A stretch of DNA of 55,846 nt, the filler included, from Catajapyx aquilonaris (Eukaryota): NCBI GenBank assembly GCA_000934665.2. It is 3 parts of 3 records of this genome, joined end to end, with 100 filler letters (N's around TTAATTAATTAA, not from the genome) between each part and the next. Parts side by side here need not be neighbours in the genome. Positions count along the whole stretch, not along the records: positions 18,615 to 37,249 come from JYFJ02006677.1; positions 37,350 to 55,846 come from JYFJ02006678.1; 1 more part is not named here. One strand, given 5' to 3'. A program made the translations under genes and the position numbers. The notes below the pieces were generated by a model. It saw only the letters and a program-made list of their open reading frames with translations. It was not told the DNA's origin and did not search any database. This document shows positions 22,850-40,249 of this stretch, in pieces (positions within the stretch are counted from its first letter, which is position 1; each line of letters starts with the position of its first letter).

Positions 22850-25800
22850 TCAGCAGGCAGATGTGTTGCTGGCCCACATTTTCCTGTCCAGCTGCAGTTG
22901 CATCGGCGGAGGTAACGGGGCCGGCTGCCTCTTCTGCTGCACTTGTGACTGTTGCGATTGTTGTAGCGATGCTGAATGGAATTTTGGGAGTTTGCTAATA
23001 TTTCCTCTGAGATTTGTTTCATATAAATTTTAACCCAAATCTAAAATCATGCACCATGCGTTATCAATCCAAAAGAATGTTGTGAAAAAGTGCAGGGATT
23101 GAAGTTCCAGCATTTTCTGTTAACAGCATGCGTTTTTATTTACAACTGGCAGCAGGAGGGTTAAGCTCTATACATGTGCATGTTAAATATGTGACATCCC
23201 TTAACCCGCTGAAATACTTGAATGGAAAATACATTTGCAGAAAAAAATTTATACTTCTTCTCTTTTTAGTCTCAGATACATTCAACATTTTCCTCCCTTC
23301 CAGGAAATTGGGCACTAAAAAAAGCTCAGTTTCTTTCTCTCTCATTATTCACTCTCTTCTTCATAACCTTCTAATTCATTTGGGTGTGTTAATTTCTGGT
23401 GTGCGGCTTACCCGTGTGTTGGCTTGGGTACGACTTGGGTGCTGCAGAGAATGGGTCTGGGCGAGGAAACTCTTCTGGTCCATGGAACCATGCCGAGAGG
23501 AACCGGGACTCGATGTCGCCTGATGAAAGGAAACAAGCAAACATGTAAAGAGATCTTCACCATCATTAGAATGCCACGAGACTCTTTAAATTTATCTGCG
23601 CAAGATGAATCTAGACTCGATCTATCATGCCAACGTTTTGTCTTGCAGCTGTTCATAAACTAATGTTAGGAGTGGATAATAATTTACCCTTTATTATTAT
23701 TATAAATTCTAGAAATACTTATCTTGCTTCATCCTAATCTATACCCTACGTGGAGACATGCTTCTCATGGCCACACAGTTTTTTCATCTCATTGCCTGTT
23801 TCAATAAGTCATGCACTTCCTCTAAAACGCAGTGTTGACTTCCACTGTGACATCAGTGCTTACATAACTATTGTACTTGTGCATGCATGTCACGTTCACT
23901 TCCTCCTCTACAAGTCTAAGGAATTTATGATTACTACTTGGTAGCAAGTTAATTCTAATAAACTGCAACAACTGCTACCAACCTTTATGATAGGATGGAA
24001 TACAAAAAGGTTGCGTTTCACAGCACATTACCATGACTTTCATGACCAGTTTTAAAGCAACGGGCACAGAGCACAAGAAAATAAGGCAGTGGGTATAAGC
24101 TGAATTTTAACGAAAAAGAGGACAATGCTCTTGTACCACTCCACCATTCTCCGGCTGAGTGCCTGATTTCTTCCCTGCCTACCATTTCTCTGTCACACCT
24201 CTCCATTAGGTAATGAAACATTTTCAAAAAATGCATGGAAAAACACGTGCAAAAGTAAAGATGCCTGTTAAATAATTTACTGACGAATCACTCTGTAAAG
24301 TTAGGTCTTTTTGGCCACATGGAACTATAGTTTACTCTACCAGAGAATAGTAAGGTGAAGTAGGGAAATTCTGTACAGCATATTATATCTCTTGATTTAT
24401 AAATGGTTGCCACAAACATGTACGCCATAGGAAAGTTACGGTTTCAATCTGTTATCCCTGTGAGAGCATGGAGTAGGGAGACAGCAAATCTCATTTTTTG
24501 GTTGCAATGCAGATAAGCAGGTTTGATAGCAATCATGAGAAAAAGATGACGCAGTTGCATTTTTTTACTCAAATCAGTGGCTAACTGCACTGGCTGTAAA
24601 CTTATGAGGTAGAGAGAACTTCCCTGGGGGGGAAAAACTGCCCCAGCAAATCTGTACTCATGGACTCAGGCATTGGCATTATGTGTTCAAATTGAGCAGC
24701 ATTACACGGAGCTGACAATGTATTACAAACCAGTACTTCTTTGGCTGTGACCATCCAAAGTTTATCTATAAAGAACTGCTCCACATCAGTGTGTTGAGTC
24801 ATTGTTATCCATTATTATTATTATATCAGTACTACTGTATTTTCTAGTAGAATGAACTGTACCTCGGCCACTTGAATCTGTCCAGCACATGGAAACAAAC
24901 ATCAAATTTACATCACACCACAGGCACTTATGTGATCTGGCACTTGTGTGAACTGAGAGTAACAGACGTGACTCACTGTATATGGAGAGCGATGTAGATG
25001 ACGTTGACACTAGCGAGGAGGTGGACACCGCACTCCTCATGGACGAGTTGCGGGTAGGCAGTGGCGGCGGAAGCTCCTTCCCATTGTTGCCTGGCTGCAG
25101 CTATTGGGGGAAAATAGGCTCAATATTCATTCAAAGTTTACTCAGCATGACAATATCCCAATCACTATAACATTATATCAGTTCACTCTTCACAAGCACT
25201 AGTCCAATGTCAGCTATCTTTTAACTGGTTGCAAGTGCACGCACCAAAATTTTACTTGCAACTAGCACAGCATAGGTGCATCAAAATTGCTGTGTGTCTT
25301 TCTGGCAATACTGCAGTACCAATGGAGAAGTGTTTGGCCAGTGCGACAGAAACTCACCAAAAGCGTGCTGGCGCTTCCAAACCGGATGGGTGGCTGCGGT
25401 GCAGGAGCCGTTCTGTGTGGTGGCGGAGGAGGAGTGGCCACAGGAGGAGGGGGTGGCGGATGAGGCGGGGCCAAGGCGCGTCCTACTCCCTGGATCCGAC
25501 TGGCGGAGCTGGGAGGCTGGGACGTGGGTGGGGGTGGGGGCAAGGGAGGGGCTACCCTGTGTGTGGGTGGGGCAGGGGCAGAGGCAGGAGGCGGAGGAGG
25601 GGGTGGGGCCATGCGCGCTGCATGATTCAGATTGGCAGGCAGGGTGGAGGTGCGAGGGGGTGGCGGGAACTCATGCTGCGATGACAGGTGAGAATGGAGG
25701 AAGGATGGGGCCAGCTGGGGTGTCATTTGCGGCGTAGGGGAAGGCGGGGAGGATGAAGGGCGAACAACTCTCATGCTCTGAGCTCGTGCCACTCCACGTC

Positions 25801-28181
25801 CGTTGTTGCCGTTGTTGATGGGCAGACTCACTTTGGGTGGCACCATGGGCTTAGCTCCCACAGGAGGCTTGGGTGCTTGAGTGGCCTTCCCAAACTTCGC
25901 TATGGGACGGTTGGAGGTGGCTGGGGATGGCGGGGCCGACATGGGAGCAGAGGGTGCTGTAGGCTTCTGGGTGGCGGGTGGGGGTTGGGGTGGTGGCCCA
26001 CGGTTGCGGTTGGCTGGGAGGGAGGGGCGAGGGGAAGGGGAAGTCATAGTGGCAATTGCTGGGGTGGCTCGAACCTGGAAATAATCAACACGATTAATTA
26101 CCAACACATTCACTTCAACCACTACAAGTAGGTACAGTGCAGCGGTGGAAATTAATGGAGAAGCACAAGTATTGCTTCCTGGCATAGTTTTTTCTTTACA
26201 TAAAGCAGCTTCATGTAAAGCTCAGGAAAAGCTCCACCAGGAAGCAATACTTGTGGTTTTCCATTAATTTTCACCACTGTACAAGGCAGTAACAAGCACA
26301 TGAAAATGGCAAAGTGACTACTGGTATTTCCTCACTAACTCAAGTGCTTTTTAAGGAATCTGTTAGCAGTTCTGCAGCGAGAAAGGCGCAACACCAACTG
26401 CGCCACCTTTATATATAAACTTTAGCCAAGTGCATCATGATTTATACTAGTCGAGTAACAGCACTAGATTGCCACCAGGTAAAAAAAATATATATAGGAA
26501 TTATTGGTTTGACCCTGTAGCAAACAACTTTGCGTCAGCAGACTAGGGCATCTTAAAGAGCTTTTAAAACGTGAGTTCGCTGACAGCATCAAATGTTGCA
26601 AAGGCCTCAACTGCTGCTCCGCATCTAACAGGTGGTCACAAGGCCACATGATTTTGTTTCCCAAATGATCTGCAGCATGGCAAGTGCATCCTGGGCCGGC
26701 ACAATGGCCAGCAGTTACTCACATTGAGGAAGCTTAATGTATGGTGAACATTCATACAATGTTTTGAGAAACAGCTTTACAATAAAATAGGCCTGGGATT
26801 ACTCATATCACAACTGACCTCAATCCAATTCATAGCAAAGTCACATGTCACTATTACAAATCGAGTCCTTCCTTTCATTGCTTCAGTCGGTAGAAAATAC
26901 AGGTATCTTAACTTGAACTTTAAATGTGACTGTAAATACTCGTTTTTTGAATAAAAGTGTGCTTATATTCAGTACATCAGGAATTTCTGCAGTTCTGCAT
27001 TGATTTTAATCCTGATAAATGCAGGTCCCAAAAGTAGGTCGAAATTCCACCTTTTCCCCATTTTATAAATACTCAACTTATGCAATAATTTCTAAAATTG
27101 CAATTCCAAGTCAAATGAACTTCATTAATGTGTTTTAAATGTGTTTAAATGTCTGTTGTAAACTTTCACCTCCTTTTACTTCACAGGTGACCCTTTTCAT
27201 AAGTAATAATGAACTAATAAAACAGTGCAAGCAAGCACGGCTGCAAGTGTCATGGGCACGGTGCAGTGAATACCATGTGATGCATATCATGGTGAATCCT
27301 CAGGTTCAAATACCTTTCCGCACAGGCACTACAGCTTCAGAACTGCAGTGTCTTACCGACTGGGTTGCCTCCTCTTGGCACACTACTGATATTTGCACTT
27401 GGCACTGCTATACCCAGGGTTATTCAACTGGGCAATGAGCCAACATTGTGCTTTGGAATGTCATTCGGTTTAAATGCCACTGAAAGTTCAATAAAATTTG
27501 GGTTCAACTCAATATTTGAGAAATAAGAGAAAAAGCAGCTGCCCAAGATCAGTGTGCTTTCCAATGACTGCTCTGACTGCGAGTATTGTCATCGGCAACT
27601 GACACTTCTCTTCAGGCTCGCCTTTGCTGTCAGATTTGTGTCATCAGGACATGTGTCAAGCTGCCTGCCTTGCATTCACAAGTGTCACTTGACCACAACT
27701 TAAAGACTTACGGTGGAGTTGTTTTGCTACTGACCTGGAAACCTTGTGATGATGCAGAACCATTCCTGCTGCCAACATTGTTTGAATCGTGGTAGTCACT
27801 GGTGCTGATTCCCCTTCCTCCCACAGGCTTGAGCTTTGGCATGCCCCCAGCAAATAGTCCTCCGAGTCCTGGAGGAGCCCCGTTGCTCTTCCCTCCTCCC
27901 CCACCACCGCTGCCTCCACCCATCCCCCCTCCTCCACCACCACCACCTCCTGCCTTCTTGACGCCCCCTCCGACCAATGGTGCGCTCCTGTCATTGGTAA
28001 CAGCCTTCTTCAGGGAGATGCCTTGTCGGATGGCCTTTAAGTGCTGGTCAATGCCCACTCCTCCTCCCCCACCTCCTCCCGCCCCAAATGTTGGAGGTGG
28101 CGGGGCAGGTGGGGCAGGTGGGTTTGGAGGTGGTGGCGGCTGCGGGGGAGGGGGGGGCGGCGGTGCTGGCAGCGGGGCCAT
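22850..28181 (-). CDS. Vrp1: Verprolin/WASP-interacting protein (WIP family), complete, about 505 aa
   Basis: complement join(27735-28181, 25358-26074, 24977-25100, 23412-23519, 22850-22971), phases 0,0,1,1 consistent; N-terminal polyproline, WH2 (KAIRQGISLKKAVTNDRSAP), LGGLFAGGMPKLKP motif, Pro-rich body, WASP-binding DIESRF...FH...KSYPS, C-terminal PMQLQLDRKMW...C. Confidence 0.9.
26138..26279. mobile_element. Small hairpin MITE in a verprolin intron
   Basis: CAGCGGTGGAAATTAATGGAGAAGCACAAGTATTGCTTCCTGG versus CCAGGAAGCAATACTTGTGGTTTTCCATTAATTTTCACCACTG|TA. Confidence 0.6.
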
Positions 28182-30833
28182 CGCCTTCACCTCCACATGG
28201 AGATCTGGATATTCACTGGAATGAGGCAAGAAGAATGCGATTAATGTTGGTGTCCCACGTTACAATGTAACTGCATGCTCACACAACATGAACAACTATG
28301 GAAAACATGGAGTCATGTGGTTCCTAGCACTCGAACGTATGGGGATGAATGAAATGGATCAGTAGCCTACGACACAAAATACGCAAGTGCAGGTTATCGT
28401 CGGATGGGGATATTGGGGTCATGGCTCTAAAGAGCCTTATCACGAACGAGCAGTATGAAACGCAACACATCAACATTCCAACACTGACAGGAAATGCAGA
28501 TGGCCAATTCATACTATACACAACACATTGCAATGGAAGGAAGAATGAGTATCCAGAGAACAGAGAAAAAAGCATCTTATCTAGGTCTACTGGAGCCTTT
28601 TCAGAATTTCCCTGAATGGAATCATATCAATCCCTAGAAAAGGGTCAATCAAGCACACTCAAGGGAACAATAACGAATTATCTGGATGTTTGTTGCTGTG
28701 AAATGCTTGGCACTGACTGGTTGAGCTTGATACGTGTTGCTTTCACTCCAAGATAACTTGCAATTCTGACACGAGACCATATTTCACAACTCATGTGAGT
28801 CACACACAGCCATTTACGGTTTTCTGTCAATTCGATTCACATCCTTCGATATACGCTGGTTTTGTATACATTGCACTAATTCCCCCTAGCTACAGGACTA
28901 AACTATTGGCCAGCTGTTCAGCCTTCATGCTGCGGCTTATGTGGCCTCAACCAGCCTTGACGTAGTGGCTGCTTCTCTGACTGCATAAGTGGCTCAGTTT
29001 GGATTATTAGGAAGAAGCCAAAGCAACTACGGCTATCTGACTATTAAAAGATGCAAAGGTGGGGCACATGGAGACAGGAACGAAAGGAAAGACCTGTCCC
29101 ACTTGTGTGAACTGCGGATGTGTCAAACCCAACCCGCCCTTGACCTCCGTCGCCCACCACCAGACCAATACCTGAATCCAACGGCGGGTTTTCCAACCCT
29201 GCGTCAAACAAGAGTCGACAGATAAAGTCTAAAAAGGCCAGGCTTTGCGGTGGGTGCCCTTTATCTCACCTCCTGCTGCAGTCCCCCTCCCGATAAGATA
29301 CACCCGCCCTCACCTTCAACGCACAGGCCCGCCCTTGAGTCCAACCCAGGGGGCCAAACATACCTATCTTATGGGGATGGGTTCTCACAGCAGCCCAGGG
29401 GCGAGTGCCGGGTTTGGCCCCCACCCTTTTACAGGTCCTGGTGCTCGGGTGGGTCCCGGGGGGCAGGGCGGCCCCTAGGCTCCTTGGGTTGTGTCCTGCC
29501 CTGGGGTCCGGAGCGGTGGGGCCAAAGAGTCGGCCCAGAAACGAGGCGGATGCGACCACAGACCCCGCAACTCAGGCTGCTCTCTCCGACTCCATCACCG
29601 ATATGCAAATTAGCAGGGGGGGAGGGGGGCAGTGTTGCCACAGGATGCGGACAGGTGGCAGCACTGATGTAACTAATATCACAGACTGTTATTCGCGAAT
29701 ATTACGCCAAATATGCCACCTAGCGCACCAATCAGTGCACAAGTACTGCAATTAACCAGCAGTGCATTACACCCGAAATTAACAACATACACTTGTAAGC
29801 TAATTACAGCCAGTGCTACAAGCTAATATCCAAATAGCTAATATAGCTACAGCAAATGTAACGCCATTTTTGATCCGGTGATCCAATTTTTTATGGTCCC
29901 CCCCAAGGCGCTAATTATGATTAAATGAACGTTTGTTCTTCCGACGGTGTGTGCGTGTTTTTTAATGCGGATGAGTCACGAATTGAGTCACGGATAGGTG
30001 TTGAGTAGTCGAAGGTCGAGTGATTCATGGAGGAAATATGCGTTCGTGATTTGGGTTTTTAAAAAGGTGTGTGTAGTGTACAGTACGCACCTTGTTTCCT
30101 GGGAGTCACTTCTTCCGGAAGGGAAGTGCTGCTGGACCATCTTGGGAGGACTGTGGAGGGCTGATGGGGGGATGCAACAGTTTTTAAAGGGGCTGCACTC
30201 CTGGGGTCTACCTCCTGCTGAGATTGGGATTTGTCTCATGCAGAGTTGGCTCATATCTGGGTTCGACTTGGGTGGGAGATTCCTCGAGACACTAACCCAC
30301 CTGAGGTAAACTCACTAAATGACCTATGAGTAGCCACCGTAGCCACCCATCAAAAATGGGCCACACAAGTTTGAGAAAAAATAAAGACCCATGCAAAAGG
30401 TTCTCATGCCACATTTGTACTCCATGCCAATCCTTTAAATGCAGCGTGTGCATATTATTAGTGGAAATCCTGCATATTGTTCTTACTAATTAAGCAATCA
30501 GCTGCACTTTTCACCCCAAGTGCAATGACTGCAATTGCATGCAATGGGTGACCTTCTTGTATAACTTCCCCATAAAATGCTTGCAATTTTGGTGCTTACA
30601 CCCAGGCCAGCATCTTCCTTTTTATTGTCACTAAAACATACAGAGAGACTCGTCACCCACTTTCAGCTGGGGTTCGGCGACTTTGGTGCCCAGGTTTTTT
30701 TTTTTTTTTTAACTTCCTTCACACAAAACTAACTGGTATGTTTTCTTTCATCTCTCAACAACGACTAGTCTTTACTTTTTTTTTTTTTTTTCGTCTTTTG
30801 TGGATTGGTCTATCCCCAGATGATCTGATGGAT

Positions 30834-33758
<2,925 letters not shown>

Positions 33759-34712
33759 TTAAGGTGGATATGAAGCTAAGGCTCACAATTTGACATCGTT
33801 TTGAAATTCACAGGGTTTATAGAGTAAGAAGCCCTCTTCCCAATGGTGGAAAAAAAATCACCCCTAACCGGGCAAATAAGCTCGCAAAATGGCTCAGAAT
33901 GTGCCGACTGTCCATAAGCTCCAATGTTAAATTAAAACTTTATTTTAAAGCATCTTCACAATTTAACAGTTTGAAAGTAATATATGTGAAATGTGAAGAA
34001 TAATATAGTAATGACAAAGAACGCAAAAAAAACATATCAAACCGAATGATTTAAATTGTTATCGTGGAAAAAAGAAAAATGGTGCGACGCTAGCCTGAGG
34101 CACGGGAGAAGTGGCAACATGGCCTCCTGCACGAATGGATGTATCCGTGGATGTATCCATGGTAGTGTTTGTTTATTAAAGTGATTTTCCTACGAAATGG
34201 CGCGCAGAGTGTCCGAATTTGCGAGAGCGGCGTTGCCACTTTTATGTCAACAGTTGGTTACCAACTTACCGTAAATTAAAGCCTACACTTATCCCCCTCC
34301 CTTTCCGAAGATAATGTGTATTATGTAATGGATGTAACACAACATTGTAGAGCCTCGTAACTGTCACCCACTACCGTCGCCTTTGATCCTAAATATGCTG
34401 CCTATGGCAAACTAAAAATTCAGGTGTGTAAATTCCAGTAGGTTGGCAATGTGTTGCAAGTGAATTAGGTTTTGCCCTGTAACAAATCGAGTTTACGGTG
34501 GATTTTAAAATGGAATGCATATTATTCCTCAGCATCCACTACTGCATTAGATGCATGTGTTTTCCCGAATTTAACTGCTCTAATTAACGTTTTTGTTCTA
34601 GACACTGAATTGACTAGGGAGGTAGCTTCATATCCACCTTATATTTCAGATTACACTGGATTCAATAGGTGTACTCAAAATATGTTGCTACTGCTCAAAC
34701 ACCTAAATAATA

Positions 34713-35215
34713 AGTGTTGTCCGATTGACACTGCACCGGCTACACTCGGTGTAGGCAGGTGACGTCACAGTGCAGCGAGTGTGACCCAGCACTGGGGCCT
34801 CGAATCGGACACCTCCAGTGCAACCCAAGATGGCCGACAGCAGGATTTCCACAGGATCGTGCACAGGATCGCGGGCACCTTGGCGGTTTGACCTTTTTTA
34901 GCTCTTTATAACGACGAGCAATTAATACTTGCACGCTAGGGGACACGGTGGTCTAGTGGCCAGTCCAGGGGCTACTGGCCAGCCAAGCGTAAAGTCCCAG
35001 GTTCAAATCACCCTCCATCCGCCGCCATCTTGCCAGCCCGTCTTCGCGCCTTACACCGCCTGCCCCACCTTCTCCACTGGTGCAGCGAGTGCAGCCCCCC
35101 GCTTGCACTGGTGCAGTTACACTGGCGAATCGGACACGCTGCTCCCGGTGAATCGGACGCTTTTTCCTGCACGAGTGTACACTGGCTACACCAGTGCAAT
35201 CAATCGGACAACACT
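34713..35215. mobile_element. Non-autonomous TIR element (hAT-like) between enolase and ACAP
   Basis: AGTGTTGTCCGATTGACACTGCAC versus GTGCAATCAATCGGACAACACT; internal GAATCGGAC and CACTGG repeats; TSD not evident. Confidence 0.55.
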
Positions 35216-36645
35216 ATAGTTGCAGAAATGAACAACCAACACTGTAGCATAAAACTGGTGGCCAAAGCACTGTCAAACCAACATTCAGCTTCAGCTTTGT
35301 ACAGTATGAGCCTGATAAGAATCACCCTGCCATTGACCTAGTGCTGCCTGCATGCCCTTATCCCTTAACATGTCAACTTATCAGTATTGGCGATGGAGCT
35401 ATTTGGCATTTAGCTCCTCACGATCTCCACAAGCTCTGAAACCATGCAGCTTATCAGCCAACTTTTGTAATGTCAGGTTATGTAACTGAAACATTAATTG
35501 TACGGTACAAAAAAGTGCTAATCTGCAATTCAATTCCTTTCAGCTCCTTCTGAAAATTCTGCCACACATTCTGCCACACAACTGGTGGTGACGGACAGCA
35601 CAAGATGCTTCTGGTCAACTCCGACCATGCATCCTGGGTTTACACTTCAGTTCTGAATAGAAATGCAGAAATGGAAGAGGGCACTCCCGAGTATTCCCAG
35701 GAATAAACTATTGGAATACTGGTGCTACAACTAGATGATAAATAAACAGGCTTAATTCAGTTGTAATTTACCACCTAACCTTGCAGAGGTGTACCTCTAA
35801 CAGTGGGTCAGCAGCACAACCTGTACATTCTCACATCGCAGTATCGCACCCGGAATTCCAAACCACCCTTTGATTGCCCATTAGGCCTCAAAAGCCCAAA
35901 CATCCTGCCCATTTTCTCCAATTTCCCTCAGGAACATTGAATTCCACGCAACATTCTACAGTTCGACCTTCCAACCTTCCCGAAAGGTCATCCGATCCTT
36001 TCAGAACACAGTTTTAAATTCTCCCTTCCCTGCCAACCCATGTTCTTGACCTCCCCCCATCGGACTGGGGTCATTCCAACTGACCTGGTGAGAACCTGTC
36101 CCAGCCACAGAGGATTTATGTTCCACGGAAATTGGAAGCCGGAAGATTTGACTTGCCCGATCCGAACCAGCCGAAGAGTCAAGGGCAAGTGGGACGAGCC
36201 GGACGGTTGGAGACTCGCTCTCAGCCTCTCCGTTAAGGGTGGGGGCAGGCGGAGGGTTGGCATGACGAGTCTACACTGGGCACCGTCCGAATGGTAGCCG
36301 GATGACGTCATCGACGCGGCACTTGATCAATCGCGGCAGGTGCGGCGCAGATGTTCGGACGCGCCCATCCATTACGCTGCTGACTCAACTGTAGATTATT
36401 TTCGTGTGTCAAAAAGGACATTTTCAGTTTTTTGTGTTCCTTCTCTAGAGCCGCTCTTTGGGTTGCCTTCCGGACTTTTTTAGTCGTCCTGTGCAGGGTG
36501 GATGGGAAGGCGTGGTTGTTGACCTTTGATTGCAAGTAGGGAGGAGGAAGGAAGAGAGAGGAGGCACACACACATGACTGATGGGTGCATGACAGCTGCT
36601 GCTTGACCATCCCTTGTACGTGCCTGTGGCGGACAGACAAGCACC

Positions 36646-36698
36646 ATGATGCCCATCGTGGAGTTCGACGAGTGCCTCAGGGACTCGCCTAGGTTCAG
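36646..36698 (+). CDS. ACAP: First coding exon of ACAP/centaurin-beta ArfGAP; rest lost at the gap
   Basis: CACC-ATG context; MMPIVEFDECLRDSPRF(R) followed by a phase-2 gtcagt donor, matching the ACAP N-terminal xxFEECLKDSPRFR motif. Related BAR-domain proteins (GRAF/oligophrenin) have a similar motif. Confidence 0.8.
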
Positions 36699-37152
36699 GT
36701 CAGTAGTTGACAGCGGACAGCACCACTGAAAGTACGCCATGGATGCATGCCAATGAAGAAATTAATCATCCATTGCCTTCAGACAAGGTGTTATCTGGAA
36801 ATTAAAGTGCACACCATTAGACTTGGATTACTGCTCTGTACTTGTTCGTACTAGAATATAAAGGGTGTACAGTACACTGTGCTGTAGTAGTCGATAATTA
36901 GAAATGCCATTCAAATACCAGCTTAAGAGACTAATGAGTAGTTTTGCATCCATACATTTTCTTATCTATGGAAAAATCTGTTTCTATCATTGCAAACAAG
37001 CGTGAATGTTTCAGCATCAGTCACTTTTCCAGGCTGCCCGTGGCCATGATGCGTATCTGAAGCGTTTGTCTGAAAGTGGCATGTAATGAATAATTATGTT
37101 ATACCAATAGGTAACAATTTACTATTTTAGTGTACACTGGATTTATTATTGT

Positions 37153-37249
37153 TACTAGCAGGTTACCCGGCGTTGCCCGGGTATGTTGGGGTGCTGGTAA
37201 AGGTAGGGGTACATATACAGTATTTTAGGAAGTGCATTTGTTTGTAAGA
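37153..37249. mobile_element. Helitron-like terminus truncated by the gap
   Basis: TACTAGCAGGTTACCCGGCGTTGCCCGGGTA: CTAG next to a GC hairpin. Confidence 0.45.
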
Positions 37250-37349
37250 NNNNNNNNNNNNNNNNNNNNNNNNNNNNNNNNNNNNNNNNNNNNTTAATTA
37301 ATTAANNNNNNNNNNNNNNNNNNNNNNNNNNNNNNNNNNNNNNNNNNNN
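37250..37349. other. Artificial contig linker/gap
   Basis: N44-TTAATTAATTAA-N44. Confidence 0.95.
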
Positions 37350-37379
37350 TTTTTGGCTCGTTACGTAACACAAGATGAG

Positions 37380-37633
37380 ACCTGGCTCCATCATTATTCT
37401 CCTGAAACCTCCGTGGGACGCACTTCTCCAGTGACAATGAGGTGATCAGTGCAATGTATGAGTGGTTGGGTGGGGTCGAGGAAGATTATTTTTTACACGG
37501 AATACAGCGGTTGGAGCACCGGTGGTACAAATGCATCCTGGTTCAAGGTGACTACGTCGAAAAGTCTTAATAAAATTTTGACCATCAAACATGTCTTTCA
37601 ACATCAGGCTCAGAACTTATTGGACGACCCTCG
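37380..37633 (+). pseudogene. mariner transposase C-terminal remnant with right TIR
   Basis: LRGTHFSSDNEVISAMYEWL / EEDYFLHGIQRLEHRWYKCILVQGDYVEKS* (mariner WxKCIxxxGDYVEK end), then AACTTATTGGACGACCCTCG|TA. Confidence 0.85.
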
Positions 37634-40249
37634 TATAGTATTTTTGTCAAAAGCCATCTCTATTAATAAAGGAGAAAGTTTGCACATATATTTATTTTGT
37701 TATTTATCAGGCCTAATTAAGGCACTTTCCGGGTACGGAGAGCGCTCAGATTTCTCAAACCCATGCCCCGGGAAAAGTCCCAAAACCGCACTTTTTGAGT
37801 CTAAGGGCGGTTTTCAGCAGCCATCGCAATTGCCTAGCAACCTTCGCAGTCAACAAGCCCAAAGGAAGGTTATTCCTAACTCGCTTTCGAAAATAATAAA
37901 CATTGCATATTCAACAATGAAAACAATAGAACAACGGGCAGGTTGGCAAGAATAATTTATTGCAGTACACATAGGGTATGGGGAAGTAGCCTTCATTTTG
38001 GAAACTGCATAATAAATTCGCCCATATTATTTGGATTTTTTTTGGCATATTCCGTTTTAAGATATCAGTTTCAGTTCCGGAGTAATTGGGGTTTTTATGT
38101 AGGCTAATGGTGACGTCACTGTTAGCCTAGAAAATGTTGACGTCACGCGAAGTGAAATGAACGCAAAAATGGTGTTATAGAACGCGCCCCGTCATTGTCG
38201 TAAAATGCTTCGCTGTTGTTAGCAACCGTCCCATTCCGTGAGCAAGATAGCGGCCGGGGCGCGTATTTATTCCAGGCCGCTCAAACAGCTTTGTACGTGG
38301 CAGTGATGCCACCAGGTCGGAATTATCTGTCACCCGAATTCGGCACATGAAGGCCCCCTTTCTCCACCTCGATGGCCTACAGCCGCCTTGCGAATGCTTT
38401 CCGTCGTGTCCGCGGTTAATTCAAAGTCAAATTCCTCCTATCTCGCAGTCAACCAGGCATTTCAGTGTACACTTTCGATTGGCACCACCCGGCCGGGGCA
38501 TTTTTCCCGCCAATTTTGAAGGCACTTTTAAATGTGCCGTAATTTATCCAGTAATGTCATTTTGATGCAACAGAGTGATGGAAGGTATGTTTACAGGCAT
38601 GGGCTAGCTAGTTATGAACAAAAATCCCAAATCCCAGACCAAGGCTACTTCCCCATTGTAACAACGGTTGGAGTACTTCGGGGAGTGCCGAGATCAACAA
38701 TACCGAACAATACAGTACTGTACAGTACATATCGATAGAATCGGCCACAAGGCACCAGGAAACACAGAGGAAAGAAGAGCAGGTATGCGTTCGTGTGTTT
38801 GGACTCGGAAGTGTTGAAGTGATGCTTTCATTTTCAGATTGTGTCATCATCAAATATTATTTTCAAAAAACTTCGATACAAAATCTACAAATGTAATTTC
38901 AAAACCGGGGTTAATGCTAACCGGCGTAAAATGGAGCTGCGTAAAACGGGTACTTCCCGTATGAAGTCTTTCTTGGCCGTTTCACAACCAGCAGGCTATC
39001 ATTATTTTCATTAATATTGATCATTGTGATTTTGTTTAAATGTATCATGATATCCGTGCTCTGGATATGTGATAGGAGACATGGCAAAGCATACAATGAA
39101 CATGGGAATAATTTCTCCCTGGGTCTTAAATAAAAAAAGCGCAAAACCAGACATTCACGTTTGCTGGTGTTCTGAAATAGGTAGCCTGGTTTTGATGATG
39201 GCCTACTGACTTATTGCAGTGTGATTTACTGCGATCTGTAGCCCTACTTACGAACGGGTTCCCAATAAGGGTCCCCATAAGGATACTGGTAGTACCCGTT
39301 TTATGCCGGTAATTGGTTCCCACAAAACGAGGCGTAAAATGAAAAGGAGTAAAACGAGACAAAATTATAATGGAAGTAAATGAGATAGGTTCCAAGATTT
39401 CCAAGAATTTCCCACATACAGTGCTTAAATTGCAGTTTTCAATGCCGACTATTTAAAACATTTATAATGCACGTATAATGGTTAAGGATCGTCTGCTTCT
39501 GATGCCTCTTTTCCCTTCTTTTGGCGGAGGCCCGAAAAGGGTAAGAACCTCTGCTTTAGGTACGTATATGTTCCTGGGCTTGGCTCAATTTTGGCATTTT
39601 TGCGGGTTGACAAATTATTGCACAACACCGTCCATGCACACCATTCATGAGTTAACTTTTCGGTCATTTGTGGCAGAAGTATGCAGATTTTGCCACCTTG
39701 ATTTTAACTGAATGAAGTACCGGTACTATATCCTTTGGGTTACCTTGCGAATGGGCATAACTCAATTTAGACATTTTTGACCCATTATTGCATAACACTG
39801 TCCAATATATCCCTCCGCTTTCGATCACTTTTGTGTACGTTGACTGACACCAAGTTCAACATATGTACCAGACGCGACACATGGGTTTGCTGCTATAAAT
39901 TAATAAATAAATAACATATTTTGATAATTTACGTATGTAAGGCAACATTTTTTTTTGCCTATGGCAACAGAATTTTGTTGGTGAAACAGGCCGCGAATAA
40001 CGGTGTCCACTGCTAGTTAAACTGACTATTTAAATGAGGGTTGTTGCGCTTACCATTTCAAAATTTCAGCTAGAATTGCATCATTACATGACTTGTGTCC
40101 TCTACCGGGCCATCATTGATAGCATTGTCTTCAAATACAATGTTTCTGTTAGTACAAGGATGGTGGAACAATGGTCCATTCATATGCACTTGAGCAACAC
40201 TGTGTGAATAAAAACTGTTTCTGACACCAGACGACAGCATCATTCGAAA

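Noticed and set aside
27802..28224. Gly/Pro-rich plus-strand ORFs here and at 25229-26131
   Set aside because: Antisense shadows of GC-rich verprolin exons.
29200..30310. GC-rich overlapping ORFs between verprolin and enolase as a separate gene
   Set aside because: No recognisable protein or consistent exon chain; more likely verprolin 5' UTR or promoter sequence, which I cannot delimit.
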